Virus record (IMG/VR): IMGVR_UViG_3300032030_000056
Location: 15,786-79,785 of that record
Strand: one strand, 5' to 3'
DNA: 64,000 nt
Source of the DNA: a virus
Taxonomy: Duplodnaviria; Caudoviricetes
Shown: piece by piece, positions 46,827 through 55,972 of the stretch
How positions within the stretch are numbered: the first letter of the stretch is position 1
Layout of the letters: every line of letters starts with the position of its first letter
Notes under the pieces: model-generated
Seen by the model: the letters and a program-made list of their open reading frames with translations, nothing else
What the model was told of the DNA's origin: nothing
Database searches by the model: none
Made by a program: the position numbers and the translations under genes

Positions 46827-46828
46827 AA

Positions 46829-47278
46829 TCAGTCCTCCTTGTTAGTTGTTTCACACGTTGGATTAAAAGGCGGTTGGAATGGACTTTCCACAATAGGGTG
46901 TGTAAGCCTATAAAATATCTCGCTTCTTTGTTCATCAGTCAATGCTCCCCAATTTATGTCTTGCGTCAGACAATTTTCTAGTCTTTTCAGCATTCCGATG
47001 ATTGAGGTGATGTCGCAAGCCCAGGCGTTTTCAAGATTGTCAGCCTTTTGCCTTAGATGTTTTGCCCAAGGAATAAATCCGTCAATCTTGGCATTAGTCT
47101 TACCGACCTCTACCTTGATGCCATACAATTGGCTGACCACATTGTCAAAGTGCGACCAAGTTGACTTGTGCTGTTCTGCGATGTGGTCAAGTTTCTTGCC
47201 TACTACAAGCAGACCTAATGCAAGGATAATCTCAACGGCAATAACCGCTAATAATATTAATGTTTCAAATGTTGCCAT
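46829..47278 (-). CDS. Membrane-anchored coiled-coil protein
   Basis: N-terminal TM; flanked by identical 18-bp start regions. Confidence 0.7.
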   Translation of the reverse strand: MATFETLILLAVIAVEIILALGLLVVGKKLDHIAEQHKSTWSHFDNVVSQLYGIKVEVGKTNAKIDGFIPWAKHLRQKADNLENAWACDITSIIGMLKRLENCLTQDINWGALTDEQRSEIFYRLTHPIVESPFQPPFNPTCETTNKED

Positions 47279-47387
47279 AATCAGTCCTCCTTGATTTTTA
47301 TGGTGTCACCAAGTGATTTGCCCTTATAATGCTTATTGAACCACTCGCTTTCACCTATGCGTTTGTATCGTTCTTTATAGTCCATAA

Positions 47388-47744
47388 TCACTCAATCATT
47401 AGCCCTTTTCTTAGCTCAAAATCAAAACAAACCAACTTACAAGCCGTTTCAGGACTCATGCTTTGTGCTGTTTCACAAGTATCTTCATCATATTTGTCGC
47501 AGATAAGACAACACTTCCTTACAAGACAATCCTTGCGCCTTAATCGGTTTTCTTGTATTCTTGGTGTAGTGTGTCTTTGGTTAATCTTATTTAAGCCAAG
47601 ACTATCTGCCCACCTTGAAACTGTACGCACACTGATATTCAGTTGTCTTGCGCATTCATCAATAGTACATTGCTCATAGTTGGCAAGCATCCAATCTATG
47701 TCCTCTTGCCGCATTGTTCTAACTCTGCCCATATCAACAATCAA
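47388..47744 (-). CDS. HTH protein with Cys-rich tail
   Basis: TIDECARQLNISVRTVSRWADSLGL. Confidence 0.65.
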   Translation of the reverse strand: MIVDMGRVRTMRQEDIDWMLANYEQCTIDECARQLNISVRTVSRWADSLGLNKINQRHTTPRIQENRLRRKDCLVRKCCLICDKYDEDTCETAQSMSPETACKLVCFDFELRKGLMIE

Positions 47745-47949
47745 TTATTACTTTACACGAAAGGTCAACTATGTATTGGCTTAAATACTCAAGTGCATCT
47801 TTTCTATCCAACGCAGACCTGCATATTTCCCACTTTTTGAATAGCGGAAATACACCTACCTTGTGGTATATGTCATACACTAATGGCTCTGTACCTTCTT
47901 GGTATTGCCCTCTTGCAAATCGTCTTACTACTTTAATTTTCATAGTCAT
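47734..47949 (-). CDS. Hypothetical protein
   Basis: 71-aa ORF with overlapping junctions. Confidence 0.55.
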   Translation of the reverse strand: MTMKIKVVRRFARGQYQEGTEPLVYDIYHKVGVFPLFKKWEICRSALDRKDALEYLSQYIVDLSCKVIIDC

Positions 47950-48203
47950 TCCTCCATTCTCTTAAAAATTTTATCAACTAAACTTTCAGTTGTCACACCA
48001 TCATCAAATTCAGCAACATTAAAGTCGAGTTCAAAACCAAGTACCTCACCTAATCTTTTCTTGGCATACTGGTAGCCGTGTTCTGCACCTTGATAATGAG
48101 CCTCTCCTATCTCTTTGAGGGTATAAGGGTCATTAACACCAAAGGACTTGCGCCCCTCAACATACTTGTCTGATTGTGTATTGAAATCTTCTTGTCTGCT
48201 CAT
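47946..48203 (-). CDS. Hypothetical protein
   Basis: 85-aa ORF. Confidence 0.6.
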   Translation of the reverse strand: MSRQEDFNTQSDKYVEGRKSFGVNDPYTLKEIGEAHYQGAEHGYQYAKKRLGEVLGFELDFNVAEFDDGVTTESLVDKIFKRMEE

Positions 48204-48217
48204 ATCAAAACAAGTTT

Positions 48218-48442
48218 TTAGTCTAAATCGTAAATGTCCTCGTTTGGCAAAATCATGATGCCAAAGAATCTGAATGGATAAGAATTAACACGTTGAAACC
48301 ATACTGTCTTGGTATCATCGAGCCAATGTTGAAACCTAAACCGTTTTATGGCTTTCCCGTAGTATATCTTGAAGAACCAAGACTTCTTGCCGAAACAAAT
48401 ACACGGCCATCCCATTGACCATGCAAATCCGTACATTTTCAT
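48218..48442 (-). CDS. Hypothetical aromatic-rich protein
   Basis: 74-aa ORF. Confidence 0.5.
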   Translation of the reverse strand: MKMYGFAWSMGWPCICFGKKSWFFKIYYGKAIKRFRFQHWLDDTKTVWFQRVNSYPFRFFGIMILPNEDIYDLD

Positions 48443-48443
48443 A

Positions 48444-48818
48444 TCAAATCAAGTTTTTAAGTACATACCATAAACCTGCTTCATAGCAACCTTCTTTTGT
48501 GCTTGTGTCACCTTTGTAAGCATACTTTATATCATTACTGTTTAACACTTTGCCATTGAATACACTAGACCAAGATTCAAGTTCAGTGACTCTAATCCAC
48601 CACGAACCATCATCAGGAGTTACCGATATATCAATTTTATGCTCTTCCCTCAACCAACGGCAAGCAACTGCTTGTGTTGGACAAGGTAGAGGATGAAGTT
48701 CTGCATTTAGTGACAAATACCTTTTGCCATCATCATTATAATACGCAATGCAATCTCCCCTAAACCCCTTTTCTCTAAGGAGTTTGGCTGTTCCAAATTT
48801 TACATATTCATCTTTCAT
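48444..48818 (-). CDS. Hypothetical phage protein
   Basis: TAKLLREKGF...CPTQAVACRWLREEH pattern. Confidence 0.7.
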   Translation of the reverse strand: MKDEYVKFGTAKLLREKGFRGDCIAYYNDDGKRYLSLNAELHPLPCPTQAVACRWLREEHKIDISVTPDDGSWWIRVTELESWSSVFNGKVLNSNDIKYAYKGDTSTKEGCYEAGLWYVLKNLI

Positions 48819-49018
48819 AAATGATAAATTCCTCTATTTATAAGATTATTCATTTCCCTCTCAAAGTATTGGCATTGATTAAGAGTAACATTAGCAACCC
48901 AAGTATCAATATACTTATAATACTTAGGATGCCAATTTACTCTACATCGCCATTGAAGATATGTTTGTAAAACTTTGCTCATAGTTCTTACCTGATTATG
49001 TTTTCGATGATATACCAA
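48815..49018 (-). CDS. Hypothetical protein
   Basis: 67-aa ORF. Confidence 0.5.
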   Translation of the reverse strand: MVYHRKHNQVRTMSKVLQTYLQWRCRVNWHPKYYKYIDTWVANVTLNQCQYFEREMNNLINRGIYHL

Positions 49019-49081
49019 TATGCAATACCTTGAAGGATGTTACAAAAAACACCACCAAGAATTTTTACCCATTAGTTTTGC

Positions 49082-49267
49082 TTACTTGAACAAAGCAACC
49101 AGTTTTGCTTTTTCATCATCAGTCAACTCTTTCGGGAAATGAAATGCACTTACCTTGCGCACTTTCTTCCCGTCACAAACCACGTTAACCTCACTACTGT
49201 TGCCATGAATAGGAACTACCTCATAAACATGAAGTCCATCATTAAAAATCATCTTTTCCATAAACAA
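49082..49267 (-). CDS. Hypothetical protein
   Basis: About 60-aa ORF. Confidence 0.5.
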   Translation of the reverse strand: MFMEKMIFNDGLHVYEVVPIHGNSSEVNVVCDGKKVRKVSAFHFPKELTDDEKAKLVALFK

Positions 49268-49313
49268 AAAATTTTAGTTTTATATATGTTAATTAAATAT
49301 AGCTTATTTCGCA

Positions 49314-49396
49314 TTTTAAGCACGTCTAAAAGCGTTTTATTTGTTAGGTAATATAACTATATACCCGCACAAAAATAAACGCTTAAAACGGCTTAA
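49314..49396. repeat. Intergenic palindrome, copy 4
   Basis: TTTTAAGCACGTCTAAAAGCG...GGTAATATAACTATATACCCGC...CGCTTAAAACGGCTTAA. Confidence 0.75.
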
Positions 49397-49704
49397 TTTA
49401 AGCCTAAATTTTCTTGGTTACACTTCTGCCGATACATTTCAATAGCCTCTTGTATAACCTCCAAATACCTTTCATCTTTCGCTATCGCATAGTATAGCGA
49501 GAAAATGATGTTGTCATACTGACCATTCGCAGTTGTCAATGTGGCCACATCATCCTTGCTGCCGCAATCACAGTCTATTGCAAACAAAACAATGCTCTTG
49601 TTTGCAAAGTCACAATCAATAAACCTTTCATTCATCGTTTCAACGAAAAGTTGAACTGTTTCCAGAAAATCTAGTTGCTTTCTTTCTTCTTTTTCATTTG
49701 CCAT
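49393..49704 (-). CDS. Hypothetical protein
   Basis: 103-aa ORF. Confidence 0.65.
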   Translation of the reverse strand: MANEKEERKQLDFLETVQLFVETMNERFIDCDFANKSIVLFAIDCDCGSKDDVATLTTANGQYDNIIFSLYYAIAKDERYLEVIQEAIEMYRQKCNQENLGLN

Positions 49705-50160
49705 TTATTTGTTCTTCTTTTTGAATTGTTTATACTCACTACTTGGGTCATAGCCTAATTCCTCGTTGCACATCTTATCGCACAACTCGTTATAGTAATC
49801 GCCACTATGACCTTTTACCCAAGTCCACTCAAATTCAAGTTGCCGTTCACGTTTAATGCGCTCAAAGACATCAAACAGGTCTTTGTTAGCATTCCTCGCC
49901 CAACCGCCAAACAATGTGTTTAAGGCATATTGAGAATCGGAAACAATGCGAGCCTTGACCTTGCTTTCTTTGTTAGGCAAATTATAGATACCTGCAATGA
50001 TAGCTTTCAGTTCGGCACGATTGTTTGTTTCATTCTCAATCTTATACGCACGGCATTTGATAACGACACCATGACTGTCGAGAATAACATAGGCAAATGC
50101 ACCCTCGTTATTCTTTCGTGAATATGCGCCATCGGTGTAAATCAAATATTCTTCCATCAA
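49705..50160 (-). CDS. rnhA: Ribonuclease HI
   Basis: IYTDGA, TNNRAELKA, SDSQY, WVKGHSG...NELCD. Confidence 0.93.
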   Translation of the reverse strand: MMEEYLIYTDGAYSRKNNEGAFAYVILDSHGVVIKCRAYKIENETNNRAELKAIIAGIYNLPNKESKVKARIVSDSQYALNTLFGGWARNANKDLFDVFERIKRERQLEFEWTWVKGHSGDYYNELCDKMCNEELGYDPSSEYKQFKKKNK

Positions 50161-50192
50161 ATCGCAAAAATCATTTTCTACAATCTAATATA

Positions 50193-50984
50193 TTACCAGC
50201 AATGAATGTTGGGCGAGTGGCTTGATTGTTTCCTTATTGTATAGCTATTATTATTAATAATACACTCACATAAGGTATAACTATTAGCCTTCACAATATA
50301 AAGGTTGTTTTGTGTTGCAAAGGTATAACCTTCTACGTTTCTATGATTGATTTTTGGCGCAAAAATTTGAGTCACGTTTTTATGTTTTTCGAGCCATCCG
50401 TTTTTTACGGCAAAGGCAATCACGTTGAAAGCCGTTCTGATGCTAACCCCCAACTCTTTCGCAAACCTTTTGTAACTGATGCCCCATTCCGCATAATCGG
50501 CACAATCGTTACTCAAGCACCCACTACAAACAAGACGTTTCACTTCTTCCTTTGCGACCTTATATTCACTAAGTGTGCTAGGGTTGCGAGAAATCTGAAT
50601 CGTGCGTTTGATATGTTCCTTTTTCACTTGTATCGAGATTGCGATGTAGGCTTGTATTGAGCGCATGGCATTTTGTAGGCAGTCAATCTTAAACTCTGAT
50701 ATATTGATGTTTCTGTTCTTTGTCTTCGATTCCAATGCCTTAAACACCATGTGCTGATTTTTCTTGCCACAAATCATGACAAGACCCATACGCTTCATTA
50801 TTGGCATATACTTCCGTATTGTTGCAGATGAAATGCCAGTAAGTTCGGTTATTTTCTTTATTGTGTAATCACGGATTGTTTGAGTGCGGTCAAGACGTGA
50901 CTTGACGAGAATGGCAATAGCCAACGCTTTTTGAAGCTTTGGCTTGCCTTTCACTTCGCCTAATATCCTACGTCTTAACTTCAT
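50193..50984 (-). CDS. Basic DNA-binding protein with two winged-HTH-like segments
   Basis: TIKKITELTGISSATIRKY; SYKRFAKELGVSIRTAFNVI. Confidence 0.7.
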   Translation of the reverse strand: MKLRRRILGEVKGKPKLQKALAIAILVKSRLDRTQTIRDYTIKKITELTGISSATIRKYMPIMKRMGLVMICGKKNQHMVFKALESKTKNRNINISEFKIDCLQNAMRSIQAYIAISIQVKKEHIKRTIQISRNPSTLSEYKVAKEEVKRLVCSGCLSNDCADYAEWGISYKRFAKELGVSIRTAFNVIAFAVKNGWLEKHKNVTQIFAPKINHRNVEGYTFATQNNLYIVKANSYTLCECIINNNSYTIRKQSSHSPNIHCW

Positions 50985-51002
50985 ATATGTTTTGTCGCAT
51001 TA

Positions 51003-51157
51003 AAAAAATCGAGCCTTACACAAAAGTAAAACCCAACAACAAGGAGATGGCAAGTTGCTGGGTGTTCACTATCGGTAAGGCTCGTAGCCTTTACTTTTCG
51101 TAATGAAGTTATGTCCACGCATCAAGTCCATCTCACTTGTTGCATGGCACAAAATTA
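51003..51157 (-). promoter_or_regulatory. Promoter plus structured, attenuator-like 5' leader
   Basis: -7 box 51150-51157; 10-bp stem 51010-19/51075-84 followed by T7; competing pairing 51037-50/51128-42. Confidence 0.6.
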
Positions 51158-51247
51158 CAACACTTTTTTTAATCCGCAATACGCTCGCACCGATTTTTTG
51201 ATTTTTTAACTTTCTGCTTATTCATCCGCTACTTGAAATTTGGTCGA

Positions 51248-51331
51248 TTTTAAGCCGTTTTAAGCCCTTATTTTTTGCTAGTGGTATAACCATATTACCC
51301 GCATAAAAAGTGCCGTCAAAACGGCTTAAAA
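51248..51331. repeat. Intergenic palindrome, copy 5
   Basis: TTTTAAGCCGTTTTAAGCC...GGTATAACCATATTACCCGC...AAAACGGCTTAAAA. Confidence 0.75.
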
Positions 51332-51339
51332 TGCCAAAT

Positions 51340-51570
51340 TTAGGGCAATAAATAATATTGCGCTACCCGCTTATTATTAGGCAATATAATCATTTCCTTC
51401 AAGATGTCGTAGCCACGTTCACGAAGGTCGTGGATGCGTGAAGCCAGTCGCAAACAACCGAATTTCGCCAAAGCCTCGTAAGCGGTAATCTTATTACCCT
51501 CAAGCAACCATTCAAGGATTTGCCCGTTTTGCGAGTCGCTGCTCGTCTTGTTTGAATTGTTGTTTGTCAT
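51340..51570 (-). CDS. Small winged-HTH protein
   Basis: QILEWLLEGNKITAYEA...LRLASRIHDLRERGYDI. Confidence 0.8.
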   Translation of the reverse strand: MTNNNSNKTSSDSQNGQILEWLLEGNKITAYEALAKFGCLRLASRIHDLRERGYDILKEMIILPNNKRVAQYYLLP

Positions 51571-51637
51571 AACATTATAGAATTAAAAAGTAAAACAAGT
51601 TTAATCGCCAGTCAAGCCGATAGCACATCAGTTGAAT

Positions 51638-51958
51638 TTACGAAATTGGTTCAATGTAAACTCCTTGCTTTTTTGCGTTTTCAACACTCATTGTTTTTGA
51701 ATAGAACAAAAAGCCGTGTTCAAAAATAAGCACAAGCGAAACCTCTTTGTTTTCTACCAAGTGTCTTATTGCACCGACAAGCCTTGTATCTTTTTTATCA
51801 CACTTGTCGTTGCCTTCGGCCTTTCTTATGCCAATTAACCGCCAGTACCAGTCCGAAAGCGAGCGTCCAGTTGAATTGCTAAGAAAAGACTTAGCCCGCC
51901 AAAGTGCTTCATATCGCATATCAAATCCATCAATTATCCAGTAATTGTTGTTTGCCAT
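51638..51958 (-). CDS. Hypothetical protein
   Basis: Probable start MANNNYW at 51958. Confidence 0.6.
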   Translation of the reverse strand: MANNNYWIIDGFDMRYEALWRAKSFLSNSTGRSLSDWYWRLIGIRKAEGNDKCDKKDTRLVGAIRHLVENKEVSLVLIFEHGFLFYSKTMSVENAKKQGVYIEPIS

Positions 51959-51962
51959 AATG

Positions 51963-52346
51963 TTAGTCCTCCATCTTTGAGATGTCAACCTTTGTGACCT
52001 TGACGTACTCCAATTCGCCCTTGTAGCCACGCCTGTATAATTCGGCCATCAAGTCCCTCGGTGTGCAAATCGCCAGCTTACTTTCTGCTTTTTCACGCAA
52101 TTGACGTTTCAAATCCGCACATTCAATGCGCAACTGCTCAAGTTCTTGCTTGAGTTTATCGTTGTTTTTCTTGCGGTTGTAAGCACCTTGACGATGTGCC
52201 TCACCAACGCATTTCTTACACAGACCGATAACACCATAGCGACCTCGTGACATATCCTGCTCCTCAAAATATTCACCACAACGGTCACAAATGTAAAGAC
52301 CTTCCTCGGTGCGACGCACCTCTTTTTTCTCCTTTGGATTTGCCAT
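51963..52346 (-). CDS. Zn-ribbon + coiled-coil protein
   Basis: CDRC...CKKC then heptads; start MANPKEK. Confidence 0.7.
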   Translation of the reverse strand: MANPKEKKEVRRTEEGLYICDRCGEYFEEQDMSRGRYGVIGLCKKCVGEAHRQGAYNRKKNNDKLKQELEQLRIECADLKRQLREKAESKLAICTPRDLMAELYRRGYKGELEYVKVTKVDISKMED

Positions 52347-52377
52347 AATAAAAAAGTATTTAGTTAGTAAAACAAAG

Positions 52378-52614
52378 TTAGTTAATATCTGAATAATACA
52401 ATACGGCTCTATTGACAATCTTTTGCCTTGTGGTTTCATCCAGTTGACAATACCACCAAAGGCTGCCATATCCGTTGTTGATTGTCTCAATCCATTTGTC
52501 GTAATACATCTTGCCGAGGCCACCAAAAAGAATCAAAGCCTCGTCCATAGACCATTTCTCGTTAAGGTAAAGCGCAAAGCACGTTACCTCATTGTTTTTC
52601 TTTCTTTTTGCCAT
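52378..52614 (-). CDS. Hypothetical protein
   Basis: 78-aa ORF. Confidence 0.6.
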   Translation of the reverse strand: MAKRKKNNEVTCFALYLNEKWSMDEALILFGGLGKMYYDKWIETINNGYGSLWWYCQLDETTRQKIVNRAVLYYSDIN

Positions 52615-52632
52615 TGCTATCGCATTGTTATC

Positions 52633-53034
52633 TCATTTAAAGACCCAATATCCGTAAACACAACGAGTGCCGTTGCGTGATGAGTCGTATGTGTCGTGCA
52701 TCACTCCATTCACAACCGCAACAACGTGCTTACTCAAACTGCAAACCACATTGCCACGCATAGGAATCTCGTTGTCCGTAAGATGCGCTTTGCACCCTTT
52801 GCCGAACTTCATACAACTCACCCAACTCCCACCGAAGTGTTGCATCACACGCTTAACATCTTTTTGGTACACCCCGTTGCGTGGAGTGTACCCTACAAGA
52901 TGCCTCGTTTCATCATACACTTGCTTGTAGTTACGACCAGTAGCAATAGCTATTGAGCGTACTACGCAATCGTTCACATTGGCGGCTTTGAAGTATTCCA
53001 TTCTCCCGCCATCATCATAAACAAATTTCAACAT
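52633..53034 (-). CDS. Phage protein with Cys...His...Asp pattern (possible papain-like fold)
   Basis: DCVVRSIAIA...KHVVAVVNG...HDTYDS; fold assignment is inference. Confidence 0.6.
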   Translation of the reverse strand: MLKFVYDDGGRMEYFKAANVNDCVVRSIAIATGRNYKQVYDETRHLVGYTPRNGVYQKDVKRVMQHFGGSWVSCMKFGKGCKAHLTDNEIPMRGNVVCSLSKHVVAVVNGVMHDTYDSSRNGTRCVYGYWVFK

Positions 53035-53863
53035 TTTCTTCTTCTATTACTGTTGTACCATCATTGAATAATGCACGTTTTATAGAGTTGATTTGGTTGA
53101 CGATTTTCATGCGGAGTTTTTCATCGCTTTCGGAAGATAAATTCCAAGTCTTGAATAATTCTCCGCTACCATCCAGTTCCTTGTAGTCACGCATCAACTG
53201 AATGATACGCAACCTGTTTTCTTTCCTCGTGTTGATTTGTCCCCAATCCCATTTGCGCTTATCTTCACTTGCGCAATGTTCGGGAAATACCGAGCGTAGG
53301 ATTTTGAAGAAAGCCATCACTTCTTTGCTGGCCATGTATTTCCCGCTTTTGGTTCTGCCTTGCTTGTGACGTTCTTGCGATTTCAATGTGTCGCTTTTTG
53401 CGGCAACAGTAGCTTTCCACTTGTCACTGCTTGCACCAAGTTTCTCTCCCCTACGTTTCTTGGCATCCAACGCTGCCTTAGTTCGACTTGAAATCAATTC
53501 ACGCTCGTATTGCGCAACTGATGCAAAGACACCCAAAAGAAGAGTGTTGATTGTTGGCATATCTGTAAAATGAATTTCTATGCCAGTATTTACTACCTTG
53601 AAACAGAACTCCACGTCGCGGGCGAGACGGTCGAGCTTCGCAACAACAAGGGCGCAATCATTTGTTCTACAATATTCAATTGCTGACAGCAATCCTTTGC
53701 GGTCACGATGAGTTCCGCTTTCAACATCTAGGAACTCTTGCATCATCGTGCCATCGTTTCTCGCAATAAAGTCGTTGCACATCTTACGTTGAGCGTCAAT
53801 ACCCAACCCTCGTGCGCCTTGCTTAGTTGTGCTGACACGCAAATAAGTTACAAATCGTTTCAT
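53015..53863 (-). CDS. Serine recombinase (resolvase/invertase family)
   Basis: YLRVSTTKQ, DVESG, RKGL, VAKLDRLAR, AQYERELISSRTKAAL; start MKRFV at 53863. Confidence 0.92.
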   Translation of the reverse strand: MKRFVTYLRVSTTKQGARGLGIDAQRKMCNDFIARNDGTMMQEFLDVESGTHRDRKGLLSAIEYCRTNDCALVVAKLDRLARDVEFCFKVVNTGIEIHFTDMPTINTLLLGVFASVAQYERELISSRTKAALDAKKRRGEKLGASSDKWKATVAAKSDTLKSQERHKQGRTKSGKYMASKEVMAFFKILRSVFPEHCASEDKRKWDWGQINTRKENRLRIIQLMRDYKELDGSGELFKTWNLSSESDEKLRMKIVNQINSIKRALFNDGTTVIEEENVEICL

Positions 53864-53864
53864 G

Positions 53865-54107
53865 TTATTCTTCGTTTTTCTTGCGCCACAAATGTTCCCA
53901 ATCATCATAACCGAGCATCTTTGCAACAGTGTCTGCATTGAATAAAAACAAATCGTTGATGTCGGTAGCACTCATCCCATCGGGATGCATTTCTTCAAGT
54001 TGCATTTCTATTGCATCTAGTTCTTCGTCGCTCAATGCAACTGCAACTTGTTTAGCGTAATCGTAAAAGTCGAAGTCACGCAGTTTGATTTCTTTGAATA
54101 CTTTCAT
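53865..54107 (-). CDS. Acidic hypothetical protein
   Basis: 80-aa ORF. Confidence 0.7.
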   Translation of the reverse strand: MKVFKEIKLRDFDFYDYAKQVAVALSDEELDAIEMQLEEMHPDGMSATDINDLFLFNADTVAKMLGYDDWEHLWRKKNEE

Positions 54108-54141
54108 AAGCTGATGTTTTAGTGTTTTGGATTTTGTTAAT

Positions 54142-54225
54142 TTACTTCATTCCCTTACCGCCCATGTTGGTCAATCCGCCAGACAGGATAAGGAAAATCA
54201 CACCGATAATGATGATAATCTCCAT
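54142..54225 (-). CDS. 27-aa hydrophobic peptide
   Basis: MEIIIIIGVIFLILSGGLTNMGGKGMK; AAAGGAGGT 9 nt upstream. Confidence 0.5.
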   Translation of the reverse strand: MEIIIIIGVIFLILSGGLTNMGGKGMK

Positions 54226-54268
54226 TCTAAATTTACCTCCTTTCTTGTTATTTTGTTTTGTTGTTATT

Positions 54269-54553
54269 TTACCACGGAAGCAATCTTTCGATTTCTTCAT
54301 TCGTCAAACCTCTTACCATAATTTTAGGTTCGCTATCTTTAGTTCTTTTCTTGTGTCTGTTTGTTTCCTCAACCAGTGCAGCAAGCATATAATCTTCCTC
54401 ACTCGTTATCTTTACAGTATAAGTGACTTGACCGCTGGGAGTTGTTTCATTGATTTGGAAACACTGACCATCGAAATGTATTGTGTTAGTTCCAAGCAAA
54501 GTCTCATTTGCTTTGAGAAATTCAATGTATTGTTCTAATAACGAAGTAGGCAT
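54269..54553 (-). CDS. Hypothetical protein
   Basis: 94-aa ORF. Confidence 0.6.
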   Translation of the reverse strand: MPTSLLEQYIEFLKANETLLGTNTIHFDGQCFQINETTPSGQVTYTVKITSEEDYMLAALVEETNRHKKRTKDSEPKIMVRGLTNEEIERLLPW

Positions 54554-54612
54554 AATTTTAGCGTTTTAATTTTGCGGTTATTAGGTACGTTTTTAATTGC
54601 CAAAATTTCGTA

Positions 54613-54702
54613 TTTTAAGCCCATCTAAGCGCATTAAATTATGCGGGTAATATAAGTATCACCCGCATAATAAAACGGCCTTAAAACGGCTTAAAACGGC
54701 TT
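54613..54702. repeat. Intergenic palindrome, copy 6
   Basis: TTTTAAGCC...TTATGCGGGTAAT...ATCACCCGCATAA...CTTAAAACGGCTTAAAACGGCTTA. Confidence 0.75.
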
Positions 54703-55954
54703 ATTTCTTTTTGTACTTATATTTGCGGAGGTCAAATAAAACCTCGCCATATATACTCTTCAATGCAACTGGGTCAAACGCAACATCTTTGTACTTCTTC
54801 ATGGCCATCAACGACTTTGATATCAAATCGTATGAAGCCACTTTTGTGCCTCCCGATTCATAGCAAGCCTTAATCATTACACTCATGTCAACGTAAACAT
54901 CAGTTGCGTTTATTTTCTTTTCTTTATCAGCAAACTTTGGCCAGTAACCACTAGCAACAGCAGGAAGAGCAAGATTACTCTTAGGCTTATTATTGGTCTT
55001 GTCTTCTTTCGGCTTTGCTTTACCGATTTTACTACTCGCAAGTTGTTTGTTGGATTTTTTGCTATACTTTGAAGTGGTGTGAGGATATATGTGCGTTGTG
55101 ACATCAATATCATCATCAAAACTACGAGATGAACCTTTGCCATAGCCTCTGTTGTAACTAGGGTATGAGGTGTTATAACCAGTGTAACCAGTGTAACTCG
55201 AGTAAACGTAACGGCACTCATGCTTGTATTCGCCTTTGCAATTTTCGATGATATGCTCAACAAAAGCCAAGCAATTTAAAAGCTCGGATTTTATCGTGTA
55301 TTCCCTATCGGTGTGAGGTTCATAGTAACCGCATGAAATGTTTACACAGGAAACGCTTAGGCCATTTTCTTTAAGCGTGAGGACATCAGTCATCATGCCG
55401 TTTTCTTTCTTATAGCCAAACAACTCATAGTCAGTGTCCTTGATGAAATCACTTCCACATAGTTCTGTGTTGCTTGCTATTGTGATTAGGTCTCCGCCTC
55501 CCCTGCGGTCACATTGTAGGACAAACCTAGAGTCAACAAAGAAACTCATGTCCGCATCGCTACTACCGACACAGCCTATTTCCTCGCCGACAAAAAATGC
55601 GACCTTTAACACATCGAATTTTTGCAGACATTTCAACCCGACCCAAATGCCGTTTTTATCGTCTGCGCCAAGACCTTCAAAACGCTTGTTTTTGCGTGAC
55701 CAACCGAACAAAATATCATCCGTTTCCTCAACCCTAAAGTCGTTGCTGTGATTCCATTGAACTTGGTCTAGGTGAGCTACTATTGTCGGGTATAACGCTG
55801 CTTTACCTTTTGTGATATAAAGGTTGCCGAGCTTATCCATTTCGACCTCCACTTCGGGTAAGTGCGCATATAGCCAGTCTATGATAAACTCGACCATATC
55901 GCACTCTTTTCTACTCTTTGAATATATGCAATAAAGCTGTTTTAATAATTTCAT
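54701..55954 (-). CDS. M20/M28-like zinc peptidase-family protein, copy B
   Basis: AHLDQV, GADDKNG, EEIGCVGS, QCDRRG, GYYEPHT; Tyr/Ser/Gly-rich tail. Confidence 0.85.
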   Translation of the reverse strand: MKLLKQLYCIYSKSRKECDMVEFIIDWLYAHLPEVEVEMDKLGNLYITKGKAALYPTIVAHLDQVQWNHSNDFRVEETDDILFGWSRKNKRFEGLGADDKNGIWVGLKCLQKFDVLKVAFFVGEEIGCVGSSDADMSFFVDSRFVLQCDRRGGGDLITIASNTELCGSDFIKDTDYELFGYKKENGMMTDVLTLKENGLSVSCVNISCGYYEPHTDREYTIKSELLNCLAFVEHIIENCKGEYKHECRYVYSSYTGYTGYNTSYPSYNRGYGKGSSRSFDDDIDVTTHIYPHTTSKYSKKSNKQLASSKIGKAKPKEDKTNNKPKSNLALPAVASGYWPKFADKEKKINATDVYVDMSVMIKACYESGGTKVASYDLISKSLMAMKKYKDVAFDPVALKSIYGEVLFDLRKYKYKKK

Positions 55955-55972
55955 TTCTTAATTCTCCTTTCT

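Noticed and set aside
53015-53863. Prophage integrase/attP module
   Set aside because: The recombinase lacks the long recombinase/Zn-ribbon C-terminus of serine integrases; no tyrosine integrase, repressor pair or host flanking genes are visible
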